A program made the position numbers and the translations under genes. A stretch of 64,000 bases of DNA from Paraspadella gotoi (taxonomy: Eukaryota; Animalia; Chaetognatha): NCBI GenBank assembly GCA_051294375.1, contig JBJCIZ010000744.1, positions 624,264-688,263 on the forward strand. Direction: 5' to 3'. Below are positions 35,801 through 48,871 of this stretch, piece after piece. The notes under the pieces were generated by a model that saw only the letters and a program-made list of their open reading frames with translations, did no database searches and was not told where the DNA came from. The first letter of the stretch is position 1; every line of letters begins with the position of its first letter.

Positions 35801-38800
35801 CGTCGGCGTCGCCCCCTTGAGCGAAGAAGTAGGTGAGTCCGGGCGTGCCTCGGGTGCCGCTTCGAGGCGCTCGTCCTCCTTCGGTGGTGGCGTCGACGTC
35901 GGTGGCGGCGACGGTGGCCACGACGCTGCCGACGGCGCGAGACTCGGGGACGTCGACGATCTGCGGCGGAGGGAAACGAGGCTCGTTGTCGTTGACGTCC
36001 ACGACGGAGATGCGGAGGAGGGCGGTGGAGGAGCGGGAAGGGTGGCCCGAGTCCACCGCGCGGATGGTTAATCTAAGAGGGAATAAAGAGAGAAGATAAT
36101 TTTAAATAAGACAAAAAGAAAAGAGAAAGAACCAGGGAAAAATGCCAAGCGGAATTAGAAAAGAAGCCTGTTACCTGTAAGCAGAGTAAGTTTCCCGATC
36201 TAGTTTGATGTTCGTCTTCACGATTCCGCTGAAGGCGGGATCAATGGTGAACGCGTCGTCGTAGTTGCCATCGACGATGTAGTACTCGATCTGAGAGTTG
36301 GCGGCGCTTCCGTCTGCGTCAGTAGCGTGAACCTGTGGAAACAGAGCATCGAAATTTTACTTTTACAATAGTCGAATTTTTTTTGGGATCGAAGGTCGAA
36401 GATCTAAAACTGACCTGAACGACGTATCTTCCCGGAGGCACGCCCTCCCACGTCGCGGAGGAATACTTTTCTTGCGAAAAGATCGGCTCGTGGTCGTTGA
36501 CGTCGCGCAGGTTGACCCAGACGGTGGCGTAGCCGTAGATGGCGCCGCCTCCCTCGCGGCCCTCAGCCTGAGCGATGACGATGAGACGGAGACGAGGATT
36601 GGACTCGTAATCCAACTTGGCGGGGCGCGCCACCGCGACCACGCCGGAGTCGACGCCGATCTTGAAGACAGAATCTTCGTTGCCGGAGGCGAAGCTGTAC
36701 TGTACTGGAGAGGTCGGCCCGGTAGGACGGGAGGCGCGGACCTACAAGGAGGAAAAATAGAGTACAATCAAATTTCGTAATTTACCTAAAAAACATTAGT
36801 GCATCTATTTTTAAGTAAATTCCCTTTCAACGAAACAAACCTTTGTGATGACCGTGTCCACAGCAGAATGTTCCTTGATGTAGACCGTGTATGTAGAGTT
36901 CTCAAAATGCAGGCTGGCGACCTGCGTCGAGGACGTTCTCACTTCCACGAAACCCGTAGCTGACTGTGACGGGGAGCCGCGGTCGTGCGCGACAACAGTC
37001 AAACGATAAAGAGCGTCGGCTTCGCCCAACAACCGCGCCGACGTTCGAATTTCGCCGCTAGACGCCTCCACCGAAAATTTGTCCGTGTGATCGGCCAGAC
37101 TGTAGTAGACAATACCGTTGCTCCCGGTGTCCTTATCTTCGGCGACGACCTTTGATTTAAAAAAAATATTTTTTTAAACTAATTTTCAAAAAATTAATTA
37201 ATTTTATCAATATCAGCAACACACACCTGAATAACGGGCGTGGCCGGCATCGCGTCTGCGGAAATGGTGGCGATGTAGGGAACCTCCTTAAAGACAGGAG
37301 CGTTGTCGTTGACGTCGGAGACGAGAACGGTGACGCCGGCGCGTTCCGTTCTATTATCGTAGAGAGCGCCATCGGTGGCGAGGACTTGAAACGTGTATCT
37401 GCGACAAAGAATCAATTTTACCTCGAGAGTCTTAAATTCTATTTCTTTCGCAATCGATTCCATGATTCATCGCATTCGGCCTTTCGCTTTTTTAACTATT
37501 TCCTGTTCTTGCTCTTCCTCTTCCTCTTCGTATTTATTCTACACAGACTTTTCCTCTTTCTATTTTTATACTCTTCTTCCCTCGTGGAAATTCGAATCCT
37601 CTCTCTTCACAAAAGTCAACATCCTCCATCGACCGCCCACACCCTTCCCTCCTTCACCTATCCTTCTTCTCCCGATCGAAAGGCCCAGCCGTCGTGATGA
37701 CTCCTGTGCCGGGGTCGACGCGGAAGAGACTCGACGTCCCGTTGTCGAGAGAGTAAGAGACGACGCTGTTGTTTCCCTTGTCGGCGTCGGTGGCGAGGAC
37801 TCTGACGACCACGGTGCCGACGGGGTCGTTCTCGCGCAGCGTCGCCGCGTAGCTCGACTGAGAGAACCGCGGATCGTTGTCGTTCCTGTCGGCCACGTTG
37901 ACGACGACGGTGGCAGAGGCCGAGTTGGGTCCCAAAGGCGGATCGGAGCCGTGATCCCGCGCCACTACAACCAGGTGGTAGGTCTCGCGCGTCTCGCGGT
38001 CCAGCGGTCGGCAAGAGAGGACGCCGGTGTCGGAATCGAGAGAGAACTTTCCATCGACGTCTCCGTCCTCGATCGAGTAGGAGACGCGACCGTTCTCGCC
38101 TTCGTCCTGGTCCACGGCCAAGATGGCGTGGACGTGCATCGCGGCGACGTTTTCCGGGACGGATACGACGCGTCGGTCCTCAGAGAATCGGGGCACGCCG
38201 TCGTTGCGGTCCAGGACTTTGACGTTGACGACGGCCGAGTCGTGGCGCGAGGGAAAGGCGCCGTCGGAGACGTAGACCGTTAGGACATAGCGGGACTTGG
38301 CCTCGCGATCGAGGGGACCCGTGGTGGAGATGAGCCCGGTGCGAGAATCGACGCGGAACTTGTCTTCGGCGATTCCAAGAGGAAGATCGTAGGAAAGCTC
38401 GCCGTTGACGCCCTGGTCGCGATCAGTTGCTTTCACCTGTAAATTATAGATTTAGTTCGTTACTAAATACGTTTTGAAGTTGTCTATAAAACGGCAGATT
38501 AAAAAATAAAAAAATGAAAAGAATTTAGAAATGAAACTGTAGTTTTCTTAATTCACTCAATCCTTACCTTGACCACAAACGTTCCCTCGGGTTCGTTTTC
38601 ATCCACGGCCGCCGTGTAGACCTTCATCTCGAAAGCGGGACTGTGGTCGTTCACGTCCGCCAGATGGACTGTCACCGTCATCCACGACGTCAAGGGTCGC
38701 GGGGTCCCGTGGTCCGTCGCCGTCACGTTGAGAAGGAAGTTGGCGTCGGATTCGAAATCGAGCGGCTTGACGAGAGTGACGAGGCCGGAGACTGGGTCGA

Positions 38801-39955
38801 TGGCAAATTGGCGGCCAGAGTTTCCGCCGGCGATGGCATAAGTGACGTCCCCGTTGAGATGAGAGTCCTCATCGTTGGCGATCACGTGGAGGACGGGGAA
38901 ACCCACGGGTTCGTCCTCCATGATGTCCACGCGGGATCTAATTGGATTAATTTTTTTTATTGTTACCAAGTATTTAATAAAGAGGAAGAGGCCCATTTCT
39001 TTATACTTAATTGAAATATATACATCACTAAGAGTACCGATAATTTTGGGCAATAGGCTATAATTAACCTGACTCAAGCCAAATACTGATAAAAGGCACA
39101 ATTTTCCTAATGATGACAGAATTCGTTATTTACTTTTTGTATTTCATGTTATTGAAGTTTTGTAGACAATGGCAATTCCAAATCCCCCTCCCCCCTCAAC
39201 TTTAATTAAACAATAGGGTGTTTGTTCACTCAAATAAAATTTATGTTCCCAAGTGCTCCACTCTATTAAACGAGGACTAACCTCGTGTCAAAAACGGGTT
39301 CGTTGTCGTTGACGTCGACTACTATAACCAGCGCCGTGAGGGTCGACTGTCGCCGCTCCTCAGGCGGCTCGGCGCCGTCCTCTGCGACGACGATCAGCGT
39401 GTAGTTCTTAAAGGTTTCATAGTCGAGCGGGTTGGACAGCGCCAATTCGCCAGTGACGGCGTTGATGGAAAACACATTGGCGCCGGGAGCCTGTTGCTCG
39501 ATCGAGAAGGTCACGCGACCGTTGGCGCCGGCATCGGCGTCGGTCGCCGTGAAGGTCCAGACGATGGAGCCGACCTGAGCGTTTTCGGCCAGAGAAAAAA
39601 TGACGGGGTCTTCCTTGAAGACGGGAGAGACGTCGTTGACGTCCTCGACGGAGATGACGAGGCGCACGAGCGTGCTGCGCGGATTGATGCCGCTCGAATC
39701 GATGGCGCGGATGGTGAGAGTGTGTGAGGCGTTGAGCTCGCGATCGAGAGGGCGCGCCACGTAAATGGCGCCCGTGGTGGCGTTGAGACCGAAACATCCA
39801 AATGTGTTTCCGCCGACGAGAAGATAGGAGACGCGACCGTTGGCGCCGGTGTCGCGGTCTGAGGCCAGGACGCGGCCAACCTCTGATCCAGGGGGCGTGT
39901 CTTCAGAGACGGAGAGTTCCTGAAATAAAGGGAGTCAAGAGTGTACTTCGTGAAA

Positions 39956-40011
<56 letters not shown>

Positions 40012-43000
40012 CTGCTTGTAATCCACAAAGATCGGCTGGTTGTCGTTGATGTCGTCCACTACAACGCGCACCAGCCGCGCAGGGCTCTCCATGGGTCGCG
40101 GGCGCCCGGCGTCGCGGGATACAACCGTTAGCAGATAAGACCGACGCGCCTCGTAATCCAGCGGGCGTTTGGTGGTGACGACGCCCGTTTTGGGATCGAG
40201 CGAGAACGAAGTCAGATCGTTCATGCCGTCCGAGGCGACGAAGTGGTACGTGATGGATGCGTTCTCCCCAGCGTCGGGGTCCTTAAACATTTGCATTTGT
40301 TTTTAATAGACGCTCGTCACGAAAATCACAAAATGCAAACGAGAAAAAATAGTAGGCTATAAATATTAAATAAATATAGATTATGTGTATTACACATTGT
40401 GTAATCGTTACTTATTTCGCCGAACCTGTGCGTATAACTGCGTGACCAGAAGCCCCGCGTCCTGCTCCTCCTTCACACGCGCTAAAAACTGATCGTCGCC
40501 GACGAACTCTGGGGCGTTGTCGTTGGCATCTTCCACGTGGATTCTCACTCGCGCTTGGTCGGACCTAAAAGTAAGAAGAGAGAGATCACAACAAGGTTCG
40601 TCGTTATCTCTGACATCGCAGGTCGACCTGCTCTGCTCTCTTCCATGATCGAAGACGTGAGCGATGAGTTCGTGAAGATCCTTGGTCTCTCGGTCGAGCG
40701 GCGACCGCGTGGTGATGAGACCCGTCGAGGGGTCCACGTGGAAAGTCCCGTCGTCTGGCACGATGGCGTAGGTGAGGATGTTGTTGGGGTCGGTCGGGTC
40801 GAGGTCGGTGGCCTGGACGGTGCCGACCACTTGACCCGCGGGGAGATTTTCCTCGACGAAGAAGTCGTATTCGCGGTAGTCGAACACTGGATCGTTGTAG
40901 TTGGCTCTGGAATAGGTTGGAAAGATATGGCACGCTATATTGCCATTCCTTTGCTATTGTAATAACGTCTTTGCAAATCTTTAATCAAGAAACCTCTGCA
41001 CGTTGACGACCACGGTGGCGGTGGAAGACTTGGCCGGCGTCCCGGCGTCGGTGGCGACGACGAGAATGACGACGCGTTCGAGCCGATCAGCGTTCAACTT
41101 CCGACGGACATAGAGGAATCCCGTGTTGGGAAAGACGCCGAAGAGGCTCGTCGACTCGGGATCGGCCGGAGGGTCGGTGCTGAGTTCGAAGGAGATGCGA
41201 CGATTCACGCCTTCGTCCGCGTCTGAGGCCAACATCTAGAGGGGGATTTTGAAAAAGGCAAATTAATAAATAGCAGAGTTTTGGATCTGACTTTGTGGAT
41301 TTTTAGAGAGAAAAATATCGAGTTGTTTTCGGTTAATTATGATAAATTGTAAACTAACCTTCAAAAACTGAGTGTTTGGATGAGTGGCTTCGCTGAGGTA
41401 AACGTCCATGACTTGCTTCTCGAACGTCGGCGCGTTGTCATTAACATCCTTTTAAATGCGGAGAAAATACAATTATACGATTTACTGTATAATTTACTGT
41501 TCAATTGGATTTTTATTAGTCGAGGGAAACTTGAAACCTGCAGCTCTATGTTGACGGTCATCATTGCGCTTCTCGTCGGCGTTCCGAGGTCGTAGGCTTC
41601 GATTTCGACGGCGAACGATTTCCGCGCCTCGTAGTCGAGCGGCGTCAGAGGGCGAAGCGCCCCGTCGATGGCGCCGAGGGAGAAGAGGGACACCGCCTCA
41701 TCGCCGATCAAGCTGCGAAAAACACGATTCAATAACAAACAGTGTAATTAAAACTGGGTAACTTTATACGGAAAAAAAAAAAGTAATTCAAAGTAATTTA
41801 CCGATATCTCACGGCCCCGTTGTAGTTTCGGTCCCTGTCGGTGGCTTCCGCGACGTAGACTGGCTTTTTTAAGTCGTCAGTTTCCAAGAGGGTAATAGCG
41901 AAGGCGTCGCCGCTAGCGAACACGGGCGATTCGTCGTTCACGTCCTAATTATTAAAACTCATTTAGTCGTTGATAGTAAAAGTCAGTTACCAGGATTGAT
42001 CTTTTTCACGGTTTCAGTGTTTAAGTATATATAATTTTATATGCAAAATGTATGAACAATCTACATAACCCTAACGAATGATCAGTTGATCATGTTCATT
42101 GTTCAACAATAAGAAATAATTATCTCTGTCATTTTTAAACACGATCTGCTCTTAGATTCTCGCCTGAACGGTGACGCTGATTTGGCACATCCCAGTTCGA
42201 CTGGTGCCCTTCTGAACGGCCTTGACGCCCAACAGATGCTGGGAGCCGATCTCGGGGTCGTCGCAGTCGATATTTTTAGCCGTAGTCAGGCTCCCGGTTC
42301 TGAAAAAAGACGAAAGTACAGCAAAGTCAAATAATGTAAACCAAAGTCAAATCCCCCTCCCTCCGGACGCATTCAAATCCGACCTGGCGTCCAACCGGAA
42401 AAATCCTCTTTCGTTCCCGGAAACGAAAACGTAATCGACGCTGGCGGCGGCGGCGCCAGTGACGGCAACTTCGCCGACAGTGGCGCCGACGACGGCGTCT
42501 TCGTTGAGCGAAAACTCGTAAAGAGGTTTGGTGAAGATGAGCGACTCGGAAAGAGGAGAGAAGAAGACCTCCAGGGTCAGGTCCGGATCGGAGACTTGAC
42601 CGCCCTTAAAAATTTGCGAGTAAATTAAATATCAAAATTAAATATCGAAATTAAATCCAACATAAAACCACTAATAGTCTCGATCCCTTCAAAAAGAGAG
42701 ACCTTGTCCCTGGCTTGGATGGTGAGCGTGTATCTCCTCCCTTCGGCGTTTCCGGGAATCATGGCGAGGGTGATGCGACCCGAGTCTTCCTCGATGGAGA
42801 AGACGCCTTCGCTGTTGCCCTTTAGAATAGAGTAGCGGACGGCGCCGAACCAACCGGCGTCCGGGTCGTCCGCGCGAACGAGCGCCACCTGGAGGGGAAA
42901 AAAGGAAAAAGATTTAAACAAATGATACTTAATACGCATCGAGTGAAGTACTTATTTCACCAAACTTACGTTTTTATTTTATGTATAGATATAATTTTTT

Positions 43001-45453
43001 GGTATTAACCTGCGTGCCCGTTCGAGCGGACGCCACGGGCAAAGAAGTAGAAAGTGTGGCGGGACTCTGAAACTTGGGACGATTGTCGTTGATGTCGACG
43101 AGTTGGATCCGCACCATCGCCGAGGCCGTCATCCCCTCCACATCGGAGGCGACGACGGGGAATTCGTAGACGGCCTTCCGCTCCCGGTCGAGGCCGCGGG
43201 CCACGCAGATCTTGCCGGTGAGCATGTGAACGGCGAAGTCCCTACTCGCCTCGGGAATGTCCAAAGATTTCTGAGAGGATGCGGGAAAGTTATTTAGTGA
43301 CGAATGGATTAAGTACAAAGTAAGTAAGTCTCAGTCCTCACCCGGGCCTTGGGAGCGTCGGCGGGATCGGGAATGGCGTAGTGGAGACGGGCATTGATTC
43401 CGCAGTCGGGATCAGCGGCGACGACTCCGGCGAAGCACTTCCCGATCGGCGCCGATTCCGGCACCGAGAAGTTGTAAAAGGAAATGGGAAATGTCGGCGG
43501 ATTCGTCTCCTCGTCTTTGATGTTGATGAGAACGGTGGCAGTGGAAGAGAGAGCTGGAGTTCCGCCGTCCGTGGCCACCACCTGGTAAAAAACGTAGTTT
43601 TTAATTTTGAATATCGTTATTTATTTACTATTTTATTTTAAAAGACTTCCAATTTCTTACCAGCAACTCAGGATGCGGGTTGGTGTCGCAGTCGATCTTG
43701 GCCTTGGTAGTGATGAGCCCAGTCTCGGCGTTGATCTTGAACCAGGGATCCTCTGCTGTCAGGGCATAGGTGACGCGGGCGTTGACGCCCTCGTCCGCGT
43801 CTTGGGCTTCGACGCGAACGACGACGGCTTCGGGCGACACGGCCTCCAACAGCGTCGTCTCGTAGACGGACTCGGCGAAGGTCGGCGGGGAGTCGTTGAC
43901 GTCGAGGATCTCGACGGTGAAGTTGCGCTCCGTAACGAGAGGTGGCGTGCCCGAGTCCGCCGCTACGAGTTTGAGACTGAGAAGCGAGAGAGATGGGACG
44001 AGAAAAAGGAAAAAGACTTAAAAGATAATACTATAATACTACTACTAATAATAATAATATAATACTACTAATAAAACTTCCTTTGTTCGCTCACCTGTAA
44101 AACGGTTGCTTCTCTCGGTCCAACGGCGACGACACCAAAATCAAATAAATGACCGAGTCGGAGTCTTTAAGGTCAAAGGCGCCGGCGCCTCCTTCCAAGG
44201 CCACGCTGACGTTGCTCCACTTGGCGCCGCCGCCCGTCTGCGCTCCGCCGTCGTCGGGATCCGTGACGCTGACGCGAGCCACGTACTCGCCAGGCCGAGC
44301 GTCTTCGGGAATCTTGGGCGTGTGGTCAGCGGTGAGGAATATGAGGTCGATCACGGGCCGATTGTCATTGACGCCCTCGACGGCGACGCGGACGAAGGCG
44401 ACGCTCTCGAGCGGCGGCTCCCCGCGATCGCGCGCAACTACAATGAGACTGTGCGACGCCTTGGATTCGAAATCGAGAGGACGGCGGAGAACGACGTCGC
44501 CGGTGGCGGAGTCGACGTCGAAGAAGCGTTCACGGTCAGATTGGTAGGTGCGCTTGATAGAGTATTCAACCTCCCCGTTGAGTCCAGAATCTGTGTCCAC
44601 GGCGGAGACTTTCAAGACGTGCGCTCCGACGGGCGTGTTTTCTCTCACGCTGACGGCGTACTCGTTCTTGGTGAACTCGGGATATCCGTCGTTGACGTCC
44701 TTAATATCAACGTTGACGACGAGTTTGGCTTCGCGTCGGGGGACGCCGCCGTCAAAGGCGAGAACAACGAGGCGGTAGGACGATGTTCTCTCTCGGTCTA
44801 ATTCCTTAGCGACAACCAGGTCCATGAAGAGTCCGTTGTTCGGCGCTCGTTGGAGGGACAGGCGGAACGCCCCGCCAATGTTGCCTGGAATGTAGGGAAT
44901 TAATCGAATATTGTGAATTACTTTTCCTTTTTTTTCCTTTTTCCTATTTTTTCTCTTCTCCCTCTTTCCATCTCTTTATCTCTCTCACCGTCAACGATTT
45001 CGTATCCCTGAGTCGTAAATTCCCCTGCGTCGGCGTCGCTGGCGCTGCCGAGCGAGAGACTCGTCTCCGTAGGCGTGGTTTCGCTCAGCGAGATGTCGAT
45101 GCTGTCATCAGGGAATTCGGGAGAGTTATCGTTGGCGTCGAGGACGGAGATGGAGAGGCGGAGTGGAAATCCCGTGGCGATGCTCTTGGCCATGCAGGCG
45201 TAGTGAGCCTTCCGCTCGCGGTCGAGCGGCGCGAGAGTACGAAGTACGCCGGCGTCGTCCGCCTCGAAGTTCTCGTTGCAGCCGCCGGGGTCGACGCCGA
45301 AGAGTTGGAAGGGCGGCATGAAAAGAGCGGTCGGAAAGCCGACGCCGATGAGACCCACCCGCGTGCCTGGGGATAGCGAATTGTGAATTGTAAAGGGGAA
45401 ATTCAATCGATCCAATCCTGACTAAAATCTTCATTCTTAATAGNNNNNNNNNN

Positions 45454-45491
<38 letters not shown>

Positions 45492-45629
45492 CTCAATACC
45501 ATCGATATCGATACCTTTGGGCAAGTTTTCCCCGATGGTAAAATCTTGAAACTCGTCGGCAAACGCGGGAGCGACTAAGACGATGAGCATTACGAAGATC
45601 GTCGGAGCGGCCATCATAAGTGACGCCAT
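29820..45629 (-). CDS. DCHS: Dachsous atypical cadherin, more than 20 exons
   Basis: Signal peptide, many cadherin repeats (LDRE/LDYE, DxNDNxP, AxDxD) and a TM segment (IIVVAVLVVVVVALVVVVVVL). Conserved cytoplasmic motifs SSGRGSAEDDEI and YNWDHLLDW..F.PLA.VFAEIAKLK; C-terminus EMRL. Confidence 0.93.
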
Positions 45630-46072
45630 CACGAGTAAGCGCTCTTTCCTTTTTTCTTTCTTTTTTTCTTTTTAATGCCAGCGACGAAAACGGGGCAACA
45701 ACTCGCCGAGAAAAAACTGGGATGTGAGTCGGCGACCGTTTTGAGCGAGAACGAGGAATTAAGAAAATGCGACGTTGGAAGAAAAAAAAATGGGAAGAGC
45801 GATGAAAGCGAAGTTGGGAGATGATGCGATTAACGATGTGCGATGAAGAAACGAAATAAGGATGAGATGGAAGAAGGCAACTGTGGTCGTTGTTGAAGAG
45901 TATTATCACCTCATCGTTTTTCTTTGTTCGCCGGAGATTCGTTTAAGATGCGCGAGAAAACGCGCGCGCGCGCGGAAGTAGAACTTTCACTTCATTTTTT
46001 TCTTTCGAACCTGTGACGCGCGGGAAGTATATAACATTTAACATCCTCAAAGTATTATGTATATGGTGACAA

Positions 46073-46586
46073 TTTTAAACCCGCCGCTAAAAAAAATTTA
46101 CTAAACGAATTTAACTTTTTTGAAAAGAGATTAAAAACAAAAGATATATAATTTTCATATATACTGAGATAATATTGCTATTGCCTGAAAACCCTTATAA
46201 AAATAGAAAATATATCTTAGTATTCAGTTTTTTTTTAACAAAAAATTTTTTTGAAGCCCAATCAAAATTATAAAAACCTTAATTTAAAAAAATACTAAAT
46301 AGCAAGGTAAATTACTTTTTATAAGGTTTTCGTTTGTGATACCCATATTAGCACTAACTATCGAGGTTATGATTGCTTAACAGAATTATCACTTCCAGGC
46401 GACTAATTTCCCTTTATTTTGAAAAGCTCCAATTAGCTTATCTTTTTTAACTCACTAGAACTCAAAACAAAATCAATAAACAAAAAATTTATACATAAAA
46501 AGGTTAATGAGTTTATATATTGTTTTTTTTTTAAATATTTTTAGGCGTTTTTGTAAGGTGAATTTTTTATAGCGGCGGGTTTCAAA
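46073..46586. mobile_element. Mutator-like MITE upstream of Dachsous
   Basis: TIRs ttttaaacccgccgctaaaaaaaatt and aattttttatagcggcgggtttcaaa. 9-bp target-site duplication tggtgacaa / tggtgacga with one mismatch. Confidence 0.7.
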
Positions 46587-46978
46587 TGGTGACGATGGAG
46601 TTGATCTTGAAAACAAATACCTTTGTCTTTGAAAGTAACGGTCGAGCTGTTCCGGTCATTGTGCGGTGTCTTATCTCAGTCGACGAACGGAAAGAGCCGG
46701 CGAAAGCTCGACTCTGGTCGTAGGCCGCTCCTCAACGTCGGCTACATCGTCGACGGCCTTTTCGACTCGAAAAAAGGCACACATCGTTCGGAAGACGGAG
46801 AAAAACCAATTAATATCTGGCAGAATATAAGCGAGGCTTAACATTACAATCAAAGGAAAGCGAGAAAACATTGCGGAAGCGGAAAAGGGGGAGGCTGGAA
46901 ACATTTCCAAGGTTTAAATATCAAAGTCAACTTCTCCTCGACGGACGGCGGCTGAAGCGATCGACTGAGAATCCATCG

Positions 46979-48161
46979 CTACTTCTTTTCGTTCTTTCTC
47001 TCTTCCTCCAATTTGGCCTCGAGTTTATCGAAGGCCGCCTTGGCGATCTCGTCCAGCTCATCCTCCACTTCCTCCACGCCCAACACTTCCGGGACGTAAA
47101 ACTGAGAATCACGTCGATAGGTTTAATTTAAGTACACCACTATATAAAATATTAAATATCAATATTCAGCCTTTAAAAAAAAATATTAACCTGCATCATG
47201 TTTTGAATCCCGTGCTTGAGTGTGACCGAGGACGAGGGGCAGCCAGTGCAGGATCCTTGAAGCTTCAACTTGACGATTCCGTCCTCGAACGATTTGAAGA
47301 CAACGTCGCCACCGTCCTCTTGAACCGTGGGTCGAATTCGCGTGTCTGACATGAAGAGATTTGTTTATTAATTTGGTCATTTTTGAAGAACGCTTCTTTC
47401 TCTCTCTCTCTCTCTCTCTCACCCAGCAACTCCTTAATTAGCATAACGACTTCGTCGTCGTCCTCTTCCAGGGCCGTCTCGCCGCTGGGTACGTCCTCGT
47501 TCATGACCGGAAGACCAGAGGCGAAAAAGTCCATGATCGTGGCAAAGATTTCCGGCTTCAAAATGTTCCACTCGTCCTCCTCGTTCTTCGTCACGGTGAT
47601 GTACTCGTGACCCAAGAAGACGTTTCGAACGCCGGCTGAGTATAAAACAATACTATATAATACAATAAATACAATGTATTTAATATCTTAAGATCACAAA
47701 GATTTTTTATTGTTGTATTCTTTTCGGCTAAATTTAACTTTCGCCGACCGCGGTTTTGAAAAACCACTTAAAATACTTATTTATAAAAAAAAATTTAAAA
47801 AAACTTTTACTTAATTACCCTAACCCTAAACCGCCCTTATTAACCCCGGTCGGCGAAAGTAACCCTTTTCTGTCTGTTCTTAATTTTCATTACAGGATTT
47901 TGTATTGATCCTAAAAATACGAATTTAATTACCAAAAGTATTCGAATAGTTAACTCGCAGTTCAATAATAATAATATTAATAATAATAATCAGAGGAGGA
48001 TTTAGCCTGCCGTCCAATTCTCCTCTTCCTCTTCTTCTTCTTATTTCCTCCTCCTGCCCCTCAGTATATTTTGTCTTGCGATACATTCTCTCGTTTTTAC
48101 TCTTCGCGAAATATACCATTATTTTTCCCTCTATTTCTTCACGCCTTCAATACCCCTCAAG

Positions 48162-48210
<49 letters not shown>

Positions 48211-48718
48211 GTATTTATGACAGCCTCGTCGAAATATTTCGATTCACAAATTAAAACAAATGAGGGTTTCATTCCATCGTTCCCTCTCACCGATTCTAAA
48301 CAGCTGCCGGCCGAGAGGCGACTTGGCTGCGGCGTTGGCGTTGGGAAAGTCCACGGTCTTCCCTTGATCCAGGACGACGGACCCGGGATAAAACTACGGC
48401 GGAAACGAGGAACGCGTCGTCAAGGCGACGGGGATATAACCGAAACGCGCGCTCTTTCCTTACTTTCAACGAATTTGGGTTGGGCGTGTTCTGGGTTTGA
48501 ACGAACATCGATCGTGACTGGGTCTTCGCCCCTAGCGACTCGATCTTTCTCAACAGAGTCGACTTGTGGCGCCGCAGATGAAATTCTCTATCGTGAGCGA
48601 GAAAAGTAGAGGGCGCCGTTCGCGGGGCGCGGCACGATGAAGTCTCGCGCAGGAGCCTTCGCGCGTGAGAGAGACGAGACCAACTTCGCGCCGAGGCCGC
48701 GGAGGCCACGAACGCCAT
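46979..48718 (-). CDS. NFU1: Mitochondrial Fe-S cluster scaffold NFU1, 5 exons
   Basis: Arg/Ser-rich transit peptide, then [15 protein letters not shown]|[46 protein letters not shown] and FYVPEV. Confidence 0.95.
47738..47859. mobile_element. Short TTAGGG-bearing MITE with a TAA target-site duplication (PIF/Harbinger-like) in an NFU1 intron
   Basis: taa|ctttcgccgacc...ccctaaccctaa...ggtcggcgaaag|taa. Confidence 0.7.
48162..48208. repeat. (ATA)n microsatellite
   Basis: Seen directly. Another lies at 45454-45489 next to a gap. Confidence 0.95.
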
Positions 48719-48871
48719 TTTTGTCTGACTTTACAACGATTTAAAGGATTCTATAAATAAATTAAAAAATAACTCAACGAAAACTGTGATATATTAATGA
48801 AAACAATGACCTAACGAACAGTCAATAGCCAACAATATAAAAAGTCTATCGAACGGAAGCGCGACGGCGCG

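Noticed and set aside
33150-44801. Many plus-strand ORFs opposite Dachsous, also seen opposite USP8, SPRTN and MTHFSD
   Set aside because: These are shadow ORFs from GC-rich codon usage, with no recognisable motifs.
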